Positions 19,395 to 29,364 of a stretch of 64,000 nt of DNA are shown here, in pieces. This DNA is from Candidatus Bathyarchaeota archaeon. Lineage in GTDB: Archaea; Thermoproteota; Bathyarchaeia; 40CM-2-53-6. Location: the NCBI GenBank assembly GCA_963733055.1, contig CAVTBR010000003.1:288001-352000 (forward strand). The letters run 5' to 3'. How positions within the stretch are numbered: position 1 is the first letter of the stretch; each line of letters starts with the position of its first letter. The notes under the pieces are model-generated. The model was not told the DNA's origin. It made no database searches and was given only the letters and a program-made list of their open reading frames with translations. A program made the position numbers and the translations under genes.

Positions 19395-20561
19395 ATGGTA
19401 AGAACGCAATCGATCTTGCTCATCATACTTGTCGCGTTGGCCCTGAGCCCGGTTGCCGTGGCCGTTTCGGCGTCGCCTAACCTTGGGCTGTTGCGAGTTG
19501 CGAGTTTTCTATGTCCTCGCCAGGTGGCACCGGGAGCCACTTTTCCAGTGAGTTTAGATGCGCAGTACGCAATTCAAGGTTTGCCGAACAGCGCAACAAT
19601 TCGCGGCGCAATTTACCCCGGGAACGATAACTCTTCCAGTCCATTATGGCAGAGCGATCCAACGTCGGTTTCGAATGGGGGCGATCAGGTTTGGAATATC
19701 ACCCTCACCGCGCCTCCAACTGAAGGATTCCTAAACCTCACCGCTTACGCCCTGTTCCTTGACAACGGAACTTGGAGATTCTTCAACGACCCAGTCAGTG
19801 GACCGGGCGTTAGCCATTCAACTATCAAAATTGGAAAAACCGCAAATCTCAACATAATTCTCGGCGCACCGAACGTCCCCGTAACCATCGACACCACAAC
19901 CGTCCAAACATCAGCTAACGGCGAAGCAAGCCTTCAGGTCGCGGTAGGTACCAGCCCTCTCGTGGATGTCCCGCCTACTGTGGAATTTCAGAATTCAACC
20001 CGAATCGTCTTCGTCCAATGGAGTGACGGCATTACTCAACCTCAACGCCACGTCCTGATCGACGGCGACATTACCCTTAGCCCTAATTACAAAACGCAAT
20101 ACCTTCTGAGGCTTACCACATCCAATTCAACCACTGATGCTTGGTACGATAAGGGGTCAAACGCGACGTTAACGGCTCCAGCGTCGGGTTCGGGTTCCTG
20201 GCCTCTGAATCTTTTCGGTGTCACTCAGACCTTCTCAGGTTGGGGCGGTGATGTTCACTCGTCGATTCCACGGCTGAACGTTACGATGGATTCACCAAAG
20301 ACAATAACCGCAAGTTACGCTGCCGATTACCTACCTCTTGCTGTACCAGTTGTATTCGGAGTTGGGATCGCCATTATCCTAATCGGCGTAGTCTTGGTGA
20401 TGCGACGAAGATCAAGCGTGGTGGCGCCTCCAGCAGAGGAACCCGTTCAGGCCACAGTCGAGGAGACGGTGGAAAAACAGACCCCCCCGACGTGTCCAAA
20501 TTGCGGACAAGAAACCGAACCAGAATGGGCGCATTGCATTAAATGCGGAACCAAACTATGA
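19395..20561 (+). CDS. Surface protein: signal peptide, ectodomain with stalk repeat, TM, cytoplasmic zinc ribbon
   Basis: YKTQYLL...WY..G repeat; TM then RRR; C-terminal CPNCG...CIKCG. Confidence 0.8.
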   Translation: MVRTQSILLIILVALALSPVAVAVSASPNLGLLRVASFLCPRQVAPGATFPVSLDAQYAIQGLPNSATIRGAIYPGNDNSSSPLWQSDPTSVSNGGDQVWNITLTAPPTEGFLNLTAYALFLDNGTWRFFNDPVSGPGVSHSTIKIGKTANLNIILGAPNVPVTIDTTTVQTSANGEASLQVAVGTSPLVDVPPTVEFQNSTRIVFVQWSDGITQPQRHVLIDGDITLSPNYKTQYLLRLTTSNSTTDAWYDKGSNATLTAPASGSGSWPLNLFGVTQTFSGWGGDVHSSIPRLNVTMDSPKTITASYAADYLPLAVPVVFGVGIAIILIGVVLVMRRRSSVVAPPAEEPVQATVEETVEKQTPPTCPNCGQETEPEWAHCIKCGTKL

Positions 20562-20595
20562 AGCCGGGTCTTCGGGGTACGATCGCCCGAGATCG

Positions 20596-21258
20596 CTAGG
20601 TCTTAGCGGCGTGTTTTCTGAGTGCCCATTCCGTAGCTTTGCTAATTGCCTCGCTAGAATTCCGCGCGACGACAAGGGGTGATTCCACCGTTTCGGATAG
20701 CCCTGGTGCGATCGGAATAACTTCAAACTTGTTACGAAAGCCTCCTCGTTCAAGTTCGCCTACAAAGTTTCGCAATTGCACCTCTGCTTCGTCCCCGGGT
20801 AGCAGTGGAATAACTAGGTTAGCGCCGAGTTCCTCTGAGTTTCGAAGTAGGTCCAGAGCGGTCTGAGTCTTGCCGAGGGATGTTGACTGAAAACCTGCTG
20901 ATCTCAGCGCGGCTGACAATACCAACGATGCTAATGCGCCTGCTTTGACACCTACCGGTCCGACGGTCACTTTCTCTCCGAATCTCCGCTGTGATTTCGC
21001 GAGCCAATCCTCTAAGACCTGGAGGCTGGCATTTACGGCGTTTTCGACTGCCGCGAGCTTTCCATGTTCATATTGACCGAGCTCGTGAAGGTCCACAACG
21101 ATATTCGTCGCTTCAATTACGGCGTCGAGTAATTCGCCGCTGGTATTTCCTCTGCCTAACGCCGCGTAAGTGTTCTGCCTCGCCTCGTCCGCTTTACCGG
21201 CCAGTAAAGCGCTTGTGAGTTGTTGAAGGCTCTGTTCTTTCTCGGTCAAGGTCACCAT
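20596..21258 (-). CDS. Corrinoid-protein-like (B12 cap + Rossmann-like) protein lacking the DxHxxG motif
   Basis: N-terminal helical cap (AL..G....A......ALGRG....ELL); V.VGPVG...L..AGF....LG matches the B12-binding Rossmann fold, but there is no His ligand. Confidence 0.6.
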   Translation of the reverse strand: MVTLTEKEQSLQQLTSALLAGKADEARQNTYAALGRGNTSGELLDAVIEATNIVVDLHELGQYEHGKLAAVENAVNASLQVLEDWLAKSQRRFGEKVTVGPVGVKAGALASLVLSAALRSAGFQSTSLGKTQTALDLLRNSEELGANLVIPLLPGDEAEVQLRNFVGELERGGFRNKFEVIPIAPGLSETVESPLVVARNSSEAISKATEWALRKHAAKT

Positions 21259-21317
21259 GCTCCTCCTCTCTCCGTGAGATTAGGACTTCGGTCCACCCCA
21301 CATCCTTAGGTGGTGAA

Positions 21318-22013
21318 CTACATTAGACGTGATTGAATTCCGAGGTCAGATATCGGGATGCGTTGTATCCCATCATCGACCGGCGAAACGCCGTAGATGA
21401 AACTCAATAACCTTGACACTGAAACGATCGGGACCTTGTCGACCATACGTTCTCTAAGATCACTCAAGGCTAGAATGACAGGCATGATCCTTCGCCTCTC
21501 CGTGTGATCAACCTTTAGGCGCTTAAGCAGGTCGGGCCGGCTAGCCAACGCAATCACCCGTTCTACTTGGGCCTTTGCCGCGTCCTGCATTTGTCCAGTC
21601 GACAGGCCCCTAAGCCAGTGTTTGCAATCCACAGCGAACGTTAGGGTATCGTTCCATGCGAGTATGTCTATCTCTCTCTTTCGGGTCTGAGATTTGAATA
21701 CGAAATGCTTCACCGTCCGAAAACCGTTCGCAGAAAACGTGTGCTGCGTGAAATCCTCGAATTCCTGCCAACCCAAGAATCGCGATATCCTCTTGGGGTC
21801 TCCCCCGTCGTGAATTAAACCTTCGGCAAGCATCATCCTCTGTTGCCGGTCCATTCTGAGGAGGCCGTCTGAGATCGAGACAAGCCCATGCTCTCGTAAG
21901 GCGTCGAGCTTCGCGGCTAGATTCATTTGTTGGGCAGATTCCAAGTCCTCAACATCTACGGCACGACTCTCAGCTGTAAGCTCAAGTAACTTGAGTTGCA
22001 GATTGGCAGGCAT
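21318..22013 (-). CDS. PD-(D/E)xK (Mrr/NERD-like) endonuclease-domain protein
   Basis: WQEFE...F..NGF, EIDILA, AVDCKHW motifs. Confidence 0.75.
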   Translation of the reverse strand: MPANLQLKLLELTAESRAVDVEDLESAQQMNLAAKLDALREHGLVSISDGLLRMDRQQRMMLAEGLIHDGGDPKRISRFLGWQEFEDFTQHTFSANGFRTVKHFVFKSQTRKREIDILAWNDTLTFAVDCKHWLRGLSTGQMQDAAKAQVERVIALASRPDLLKRLKVDHTERRRIMPVILALSDLRERMVDKVPIVSVSRLLSFIYGVSPVDDGIQRIPISDLGIQSRLM

Positions 22014-22038
22014 GGTCGATCCTAGTCGGGCGAATAGT

Positions 22039-23178
22039 TCACAATATTACGAATGAGAGTGCAAGCATCACTAGAGCTAGAGCAAACAAAACCTTCCTTG
22101 AGTTGGAGAGCGGAGAAATATCATCCAATGGCTCGAGGCCTTCAAACGGCCGTCGACTGACAAACATGAACACTAAAAGCAGAACCGCGAACGGCCAATA
22201 GCCAGCAAGCAACAGGATCCCGAACGCGATGACAGCCGTGGCCTTATGTCCTTTGGGCCCGAGCGTCGCCCTTGTAATGTGTCCGCCATCCAATTGCCAG
22301 ACCGGAAGGAGGTTGAGGAAGGTTATCAGTGCACCAACCTCTGCAGCAAAAACAACCTGAGTCAACACGAGCACTTGGCCAGCAGGTACAGCGCGTAAAC
22401 CCGCCTGCGTCAGCAAGTCGAGAAGGAATGGTTCGTTAGGCCAAGAATTGTATTGTAACAGCTTAGCGCCGAGTAGCTGGGTCGCCTGTTGGCTGGTGAT
22501 TATTGGGGAGGTCATAATGGCTACGATCGCAACAAAGAGTATGACCACGAACCCCGTGACAGGCCCGCTGAAGCCCAAATCAAATAATTGATCACGATTC
22601 GTAGGCGGCCCACGAAGAGAAATCATTGCGCCAAAGGTCCCTATAGGTGGTGGTCCGGGGACGAAGTATGGGAGGGTGGCGTCCATCTTATGGTATCTGA
22701 CAGCGAGTACATGTCCGAATTCGTGAAGCCCAATTATTCCCAGAATCCCCGCCGCCAGAGCTACGGCCTGATCGGCGGCGCTAAAACCCGAAAACATGAC
22801 CGCTGCAAGCCGAGGATCTACACCGAATATATTCAAGTAACTCGCCACCGAAACACTAACCAATGTCGCTAGAAAGAGCAGCAAATTGATCTTTCTTCTC
22901 GGTTTGCCTAGGATTGGTTTCGGGAATACGGATACGACGAGCTTGTCAGACACCCGCCTCACCTTGGCCATGAGGCCGTGGTTGGCTAGGTCGTGTAATA
23001 GTTCACGGAACTTATCCTTCACCGGTTCATTGACAACAGCGAAAGTCGGGAGGCCATTCACGTCTACGTAAGCGTCCAAGACGGTGAAACGATATTCGAG
23101 CATATTACGGATAGAACCGAAATCGATCCCAAAGGGTGGCGCTGCCGGGGTGAAAGTTGGCGTAGGGTCGGCAGTCAC
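22039..23178 (-). CDS. Site-2 protease (peptidase M50) family
   Basis: HEFGH zinc motif, IGTFGA, SGP, NLLPVWQLDGGH; probable GTG start at 23178. Confidence 0.92.
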   Translation of the reverse strand: MTADPTPTFTPAAPPFGIDFGSIRNMLEYRFTVLDAYVDVNGLPTFAVVNEPVKDKFRELLHDLANHGLMAKVRRVSDKLVVSVFPKPILGKPRRKINLLLFLATLVSVSVASYLNIFGVDPRLAAVMFSGFSAADQAVALAAGILGIIGLHEFGHVLAVRYHKMDATLPYFVPGPPPIGTFGAMISLRGPPTNRDQLFDLGFSGPVTGFVVILFVAIVAIMTSPIITSQQATQLLGAKLLQYNSWPNEPFLLDLLTQAGLRAVPAGQVLVLTQVVFAAEVGALITFLNLLPVWQLDGGHITRATLGPKGHKATAVIAFGILLLAGYWPFAVLLLVFMFVSRRPFEGLEPLDDISPLSNSRKVLFALALVMLALSFVIL

Positions 23179-23284
23179 ACGGTTATCCTTCTGTTTTTCG
23201 GGGCTAACACGACGGAGCTGATTTAAACATATTCGGGTCAAGGTCAGTTTGAAGCGTAGGTAATATCAAATAGTCGTCGGCTGC

Positions 23285-23791
23285 ATGAAATCGGCGAGTA
23301 ACCCGTTGCTGATTCAGAGAAACTATACGCTTCGCGGTTTTGGCCCGGCCGACCTCGACGCGGTCATGAACATAAACAGAGTTTGCCTCCCGGAAAACTA
23401 CGCACCTTACTTCTTCCTCGACACGTTCAACACTCTCCCGGACGCGTTCATAGTCGCTCAGTCTCAAGCGGGGGTTGTTGGGTACATAATGTGCCGTCTC
23501 GAGCACGGGTTCTCGGATCTAAGGCACCTTCGCTTCGCCAGGAAGGGCCACATTGTTTCGGTAGCTGTCATGCCCGAGTATCGTAACATGGGGATGGGCT
23601 ACTCGCTCGTACAACAAGCACTTTCAGCCATGTCCTTGCGCCGCGTTGACGAGTGTTACCTTGAGGTGCGGATAGAGAACTATCCTGCGATCAACCTATA
23701 CAAGAAAATGGGCTTCGACGTTTCCCGAACCATCCCAAGGTACTACTTTGATGGGTCGGATGCCTACGTGATGTCGAAATCCTTCATCTAG
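23285..23791 (+). CDS. ard1: N-terminal acetyltransferase (Ard1/RimI family)
   Basis: NRVCLPENY, VGYIMCR.E, GHIVSVAV.PEYR..G.G, LEVR..N..AI.LY, YY.DG.DAY. Confidence 0.92.
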   Translation: MKSASNPLLIQRNYTLRGFGPADLDAVMNINRVCLPENYAPYFFLDTFNTLPDAFIVAQSQAGVVGYIMCRLEHGFSDLRHLRFARKGHIVSVAVMPEYRNMGMGYSLVQQALSAMSLRRVDECYLEVRIENYPAINLYKKMGFDVSRTIPRYYFDGSDAYVMSKSFI

Positions 23792-23798
23792 CCGAGCA

Positions 23799-25158
23799 CT
23801 ACCGTTCGACCGGTTCCGGATGAATGGTTACGATAGCGTTTTCGAATTTCTGCCTAACGCTCTCCTCAATTTTAGAGATTAACTCATGAACATCCGAGAT
23901 GGGCTCGTCCCCTCGGAATACGCAGTGGACATTTATGTGCAGCTTGCCTTCGCTTCGATAAGTTGCGATCGCGCTTATTTCCAGGACGTCGGGGTACCGT
24001 TTGATTACAGACTTCACGGTATCCGAGACGCAGTTTGTCCTCCACGAGTTGACCCTCTCCAATTTCGGGAAGCAATGGTTCCAAGTGGACCGTGACCTGT
24101 CGAACCCTTGGAATCGATTTTTCGATTCCCTGCTCGACGGATCGTGCGATCTCGTGCGCCTTATCTAATGGGAGAGAAGGGTCGACCTGAACATGCAATG
24201 TCACATAAATGCCGCCTTCAACGGAAGTAACCGAAAGGTTATGCACCCCCTTCGCCCCTTCGACCAGGTTCGTTGCGTTTCGAACCTGCAACTCTACAGG
24301 GAGGCCCCATTCAAGAGGTTCCACATGTATCATAACCGTAGCCTTTCCAAGTAACTTGGTGAGTCTTGCCTCAACCCTAGAGGCTATCGTATCCGCGTCA
24401 GTTACTTTGGCATCAGGGGAAATTGCGCAGACCGCGTCCACGTACGTCTGTTCCCCCACACGCCGAACTCGCAAAGATTTGCATTTCAACACGTCGTCGG
24501 TGCTCCTAATTTCGCGCAGTACCGACTGGACAAGTTTTCCTGATACAGCGTCACTTAGGTCGAGCATCGAGCCGTAAATTAGTTTCACGCTGAGATAGCC
24601 TAGGAGGCCCGCGAGAACGAACGATATGGCCGTGTCCCCAACAGTATAGCCAAGGCTCGTCAGCCCTAATGCGACAAAAACCAGAGAGGTCGAAAAGAAG
24701 TCAGAGGCTGCGTGGTACAGGTCAGCCTTAACGGAAAGACTTCCCGTCTTCAAAGCCGCGGTGAGGATGACCATCCGAATGATTTCGATACTCATTGTGT
24801 ATGAAGCGGCAGCATAACCCAGCAGGCCCGGTTGCGCGTGGTTTCCAATGTTGAGGCGTAACAGGGCGAGAGCGGTAATTCCGACTGCGAATAGTAGGAG
24901 TATGATGCCGCCGATTAGTGCTCCTAAAGATTCGATCTTACCATGCCCGTAGGTATGGTCTTCATCTGCGGGTTTGAGGGAGAGGCTTGTCGCGACAAAC
25001 AGTATCAGTGTTGAGATTGCATCGAACAATGCGTGTCCGGCGTCGCTTAATAGCGACAGGCTTCCCGTTATGATTCCAGCTAGCCCCTCCACGATGATAA
25101 CCGAGGCGATGGCGAGGAGTGAGAGCTGTAGGGCTCGAGTCTTACTGATTCTTAGCAT
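23799..25158 (-). CDS. Cation diffusion facilitator (CDF) transporter with tandem C-terminal dimerisation domains (frameshift near 24031)
   Basis: SLSLLSDAGHALFD, KPADEDHTYGHGKIE, ADLYHAASD; three H.EP-ending domains (IHVEP, VHLEP, IHPEP), the last in the shifted frame. Confidence 0.88.
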
Positions 25159-25274
25159 CGCCTGACGCGGTCACCCCGATAATAGCCGTTTATGGGTTTA
25201 TCGGAAAGAGCTAGCGTAATCCTGCAACCATCCCGGTTCTCTAATAATGGGATCGCCATGAACTTAACAAAATT

Positions 25275-25859
25275 CTAAGTTGACATTGCGGGGTCGCCTT
25301 CCGGAAGTACGTCGACAGCCCAGTCGGAGCGTTTCCATTCCGGAACTGGAGTCTTACAGCCCTTCTTGGGAATGAATTTCGATCGCTCTATCAGTTTGTA
25401 TTGGTGGATGTAGCGTGGACAGTTCGGGAAGACATGGGTTGCGCGAACTCTCACGATAAACTGCGCTTCAGGGTAGTCAGCCATCAACGGGTCCTGTATG
25501 CTGATAGTGGCGTTTCCGTTCACTCTGAGTCTATTTCCCTCTTCGAGGTCGATGAATAGGAGACCCACGTGTGGGTTTCTGAGTACGTTACCCATCGAGA
25601 GGTACATGCCGTTTCCGTCGTAGTTGGGGAAGGCGAGGGTATGTTCGTCTACTACCCGCACGAACCCCGGAGCCCCTCCCTTATACGAGCAGCTAGGGTG
25701 TCCCAACTCATCTGACGTTGCGAGAAAGAACATGTCTCTCGTTTCGATAAGTCCTCTGTAATCGGTCAACTTGTCACTGACTAGAACTTCCTCAATCCTA
25801 TCCGCCATTCGCCTAGTATCAAACTGATCCTGAAGTCTCCGACTTCCTTCATGGTACAA
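25275..25859 (-). CDS. Pyridoxamine 5'-phosphate oxidase-like FMN-binding protein
   Basis: FFLAT, SYKGGAPGFV, FPNYDGNGM, GN...NP.VGLLF, NCPRYI. Confidence 0.88.
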   Translation of the reverse strand: MYHEGSRRLQDQFDTRRMADRIEEVLVSDKLTDYRGLIETRDMFFLATSDELGHPSCSYKGGAPGFVRVVDEHTLAFPNYDGNGMYLSMGNVLRNPHVGLLFIDLEEGNRLRVNGNATISIQDPLMADYPEAQFIVRVRATHVFPNCPRYIHQYKLIERSKFIPKKGCKTPVPEWKRSDWAVDVLPEGDPAMST

Positions 25860-25929
25860 GTGGATAACCGACTGAATTTACGCTCATGAACACTTAAGTT
25901 GATTCGGCGGAGCGCACACTCTCAGGGAT

Positions 25930-26574
25930 TTATTTGACTCTGTAACTAATCGCTAATCCATCCCCGAGTGGGATAATTAGGCTCGATAGTCGAGGGTCGT
26001 TGAAGATCCGTTTCGTGTACTCAATTATTCCTTCGGCACCTTCCCTCTGCACCCCTCGTAGGAAGGTTGCGCCGCCCCAGAGCAGATTATCAGCTAGAAT
26101 GATGCTGCCAGGCGAAGTTAACTTGATTGCATATTTCAAGTACTGCGGATACTCGTCCTTGTCAGCGTCGATGAAAACTACATCGTATGGCCCTTTCAGT
26201 TTCCGCAGTATTTCCAGGGCGGCGCCATGATGAACTTTTATCCGACGCTGCAGCCCGGTTTTTTGGATGGCCTCCTGCAATTCGCTGGCGACTTGACGGT
26301 CGACCTCGATCGTCTCCAACTTTCCCCTCTGGCCCATGCCTTTCATGAACCATAATGCGCTGTACCCGACCCCTGAACCGATTTCCAAGATTCGCCGAGG
26401 GGATTTGATTCTGGCGATGAGTTCTAGGAATCGGCCTCTAGTCGGGTCAATTGGGACCACGCCGAGTTCGTTGAGTTCATTAGACTTGTTCCAAACCCAG
26501 ACCTGTAGTTTATCCCCGGAGCCAACCCAGCCGCCAACGTAATTCATGATATCCTCATAATCCAGCGCGATCAC
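25930..26574 (-). CDS. Class I SAM-dependent O-methyltransferase (COMT/caffeoyl-CoA type)
   Basis: ILEIGSGVGYS, YDVVFIDADK, ADNLLWGG, PLGDG. Confidence 0.9.
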   Translation of the reverse strand: MIALDYEDIMNYVGGWVGSGDKLQVWVWNKSNELNELGVVPIDPTRGRFLELIARIKSPRRILEIGSGVGYSALWFMKGMGQRGKLETIEVDRQVASELQEAIQKTGLQRRIKVHHGAALEILRKLKGPYDVVFIDADKDEYPQYLKYAIKLTSPGSIILADNLLWGGATFLRGVQREGAEGIIEYTKRIFNDPRLSSLIIPLGDGLAISYRVK

Positions 26575-26593
26575 CTAACAACCGTCTCTGAAA

Positions 26594-27394
26594 CTACGTA
26601 GACCTTAGACTGACTGCTTTTCCATATTTCTCCGCCACGATCTCAACCATTATGCTCAGGGCTATCTCAGCAGGAGTCTTGGCGCCAATATCCAGGCCGA
26701 TAGGTGACTTGACTCTGGTAAGCAAATCAGGCGTTACGCCTTGCTCTTTGAGGCGCGAGAATGTAGTCGAGATCTTATTTCTGCTTCCGATCATGCCAAT
26801 GTAACCCGGAAGAACGGACTTGTTCAGGCATTCTCTCAAAACAGTCGCGTCAAATTCATGCCCGTGGGTAACGATGACGACGGAATCGATATCACGGAAG
26901 TTCAGGGCTCTGACGATTTGAGCATAATCACCCGTTTGAGTTTCATCCGCAAGCGGGAACCGCTTCTTATTGCTAAATTCTTCTCGATTGTCGGCGACTA
27001 ACACTTTGTAATCTAGTTGCTTTGCGAACTGCACCAGCGAGAGCGCGATGTGGCCTCCCCCAAACACAAACAACCTGGGAGTTCCTTCAATCATTTCGAG
27101 GAACACTTTCACTTTACCGCCGCAAAGCATCCCTAAGCCTTGAGCATTTCGTTCATCGAGGATGTATTCTACCAACTCCGTCTTCTTGCTCTGCATACAA
27201 CGCAACGCGTCCCCACGTACCTTTTCTTCAAGAAGGCCGCCCCCAACGGTTCCGCTAACTCTGCCATCGGGATAGACCAACATCCGAAATCCCATCTTCC
27301 CTGGACTCTGACTACCTCCTTCAACAACCGTTGCGAGAACAACCCTACTCCCTTCGCGCTTCACCTGCGCAATTTCTTCGAAGACGTCAACCAT
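26594..27394 (-). CDS. xdhC: XdhC/CoxI molybdenum-cofactor insertion chaperone
   Basis: GTVGGG, GMLCGG, FGGGHIA, VTHGH..D, YIGMIGS, SPIGLDIGA.TP.EIA. Confidence 0.93.
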   Translation of the reverse strand: MVDVFEEIAQVKREGSRVVLATVVEGGSQSPGKMGFRMLVYPDGRVSGTVGGGLLEEKVRGDALRCMQSKKTELVEYILDERNAQGLGMLCGGKVKVFLEMIEGTPRLFVFGGGHIALSLVQFAKQLDYKVLVADNREEFSNKKRFPLADETQTGDYAQIVRALNFRDIDSVVIVTHGHEFDATVLRECLNKSVLPGYIGMIGSRNKISTTFSRLKEQGVTPDLLTRVKSPIGLDIGAKTPAEIALSIMVEIVAEKYGKAVSLRST

Positions 27395-27759
27395 CGCTAT
27401 TCCTCGAAGACGAATCCGACAGCATCGTTCTGTCCTAAGAAACTCCCGGCGGGGTCCCTGAAATCAATGGTGTGGCACAATTCGAACACGCACAGAACGA
27501 CGTTGTCTGTACGATAATGTTTTTGCGCAAATGCGAATTTCAGATCGATATCTCACAAGGATACTAAGAACTTTTCGCAACTGCTCTCCGACTGGGCGCT
27601 CTTACCACACCGCGGCCACGAAAGACGCAGTTATAAGTTCACGGGTAGCAATATTGTGGTTGAGTACAGCTCGTCAACCCCGCGTATATGTCGAATATAG
27701 TTTACGTCAGTTACCGTTATACAGTTGGTTGGGAGCAGCGGTTGTTTAAGTGATTTGTT

Positions 27760-29358
27760 GTGAGTGGAAGTCAAACTGAGGGACCGGCCTATGTTCGAAG
27801 AGCATCTGGCCTTGTTCGTGAGTTTAATGCGAGAGATTTCGCGTTCTTCAATCTCGCCGGAATGGGACTCTTCTTCTCACTCTTCTATTGGGTAGCTGCC
27901 ACACCGCTTATTGGCGGCAACTATATAGTCGGATTCTTACTTTTCGTTATCGCAACACTCGCTGTCACTTTAGTTTACTATTGCTTCATGGTCATAATGC
28001 CCAGGAGCGGCGGCGATTACGTGTTTGTCAGTAGAGCGCTGCACCCATCAATTGGCTTCATCGGCAACATGACCTACGGTATGTTCTGGCTGGCTTTCGT
28101 TGCAATCGGGACAACCACGATTACTTCGTTTGGACTTACCGCATTCTTCGGCTATACGGGAGTAGTTTACAATATCCCATTATTTGTCAACATTGCAATA
28201 GCCACGTTGTCTACGTTTTGGATTTTTGTCTTGGGCGTGATATGGATCCTTCTTGGAGTGGTGATTGCTGGCCAGTCCCTTCGGACTTATCTTAGAATTC
28301 AGCAGATCATTATCGTCATTGTCGTAGTTCTCTATGTCCTCGGGCTTGGGGCCCTGCTGGTCGCAACGCCTGAAGGCTTCAAGTCAGCATTTAACGGCTT
28401 TACGTCCCAATACACGGGTAATGCGACAGACCATTACACTGCCATAATCACTGCGGCTGCACACGATGGGTGGTCCATCCCTGATCAAGTCTCTCTTTGG
28501 GGTAGCGTTCTTCTACTCCCCGCATTCGGTGTGGTAGGCTTCTTCCAATGGAACGCAAACGTCGGGGGCGAGATACGCAGCCCTAAGAGAACAGCGCTAT
28601 ATGGTCTAGTACTTGGGTCCATGATTTTTCTCGGCCTATTGGCCGCGGCCTCACTTCTTCTCTACCGGGTGGCGGGATTCAATTTTCTGTCATCAATGGA
28701 TTACCTGCTGGGGAACGATCCAAGCAAGGTTCCATTACCGGCGCTGCCTTACGCTGGGATAATGATCGCGATGATCATGCCACCCTGGCTTGGGGCAATA
28801 TACAATCTAATGCCCGCTATTCAGTCGATTCTCTTTATCCCCAGTGCGTATCTCGTCTTTTCCAGAGGACTATTCGCTTATTCCTTCGACGGCGTATTGC
28901 CGAAATGGTTTGCAAATGTGAACAGCAAAACGAAAGGCCCGCTAAACGCCATTGTGACCGCCTGCATCATTTCAATAATCTTCTTCATCATTATCAGCCT
29001 CCCAGCGAGCGCAACCTACGCCTTCTCCTTCAGTTCAGTTTACATATGGTTGACTGCAATTTTGCCAACTTTCTTCGTGGCACTAGCCGCCCTACTACTG
29101 TTCAAACTGAAACCGCAGCTTCATGAGCTGTCGCCGATGAAGGGAATCAAACTAGCCATCCCAGCGATTGTCAGCATAATCTTCATTGCGATCATTGTTT
29201 ACCTTACCCTAACGAGTCCGATTTACGCAGCAAACTCACCCTTAGGGATATACACGGCCATTGGAGTTGTAGTCGCGATTACATTGGTCTACTTAGTGAG
29301 CAGGATACGAAGGGGTCGTCTCCTGGAACTGAGTTTCAAGGAAATACCGCCAGCGTAG
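27760..29358 (+). CDS. APC-family amino acid/polyamine permease
   Basis: YVRRASGLVRE, MPRSGGDYVFVSR, GGEIRSP, SRGLFAYSFDG..P; about 12 TMs; FKEIPP C-terminus. Confidence 0.92.
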   Translation: MSGSQTEGPAYVRRASGLVREFNARDFAFFNLAGMGLFFSLFYWVAATPLIGGNYIVGFLLFVIATLAVTLVYYCFMVIMPRSGGDYVFVSRALHPSIGFIGNMTYGMFWLAFVAIGTTTITSFGLTAFFGYTGVVYNIPLFVNIAIATLSTFWIFVLGVIWILLGVVIAGQSLRTYLRIQQIIIVIVVVLYVLGLGALLVATPEGFKSAFNGFTSQYTGNATDHYTAIITAAAHDGWSIPDQVSLWGSVLLLPAFGVVGFFQWNANVGGEIRSPKRTALYGLVLGSMIFLGLLAAASLLLYRVAGFNFLSSMDYLLGNDPSKVPLPALPYAGIMIAMIMPPWLGAIYNLMPAIQSILFIPSAYLVFSRGLFAYSFDGVLPKWFANVNSKTKGPLNAIVTACIISIIFFIIISLPASATYAFSFSSVYIWLTAILPTFFVALAALLLFKLKPQLHELSPMKGIKLAIPAIVSIIFIAIIVYLTLTSPIYAANSPLGIYTAIGVVVAITLVYLVSRIRRGRLLELSFKEIPPA

Positions 29359-29364
29359 TCGCCT

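Noticed and set aside
20596-21258. Evidence for methanogenesis or methylotrophy (with cofE and the O-methyltransferase)
   Set aside because: The corrinoid-like protein lacks the His ligand, no Mta/Mtt/Mcr genes are present, and F420 synthesis is widespread in non-methanogens
27397-27555. Short minus-strand open frame ending just before xdhC (...DPAGSFLGQNDAVGFVFEE*)
   Set aside because: No convincing start or motif; could be a remnant but cannot be supported
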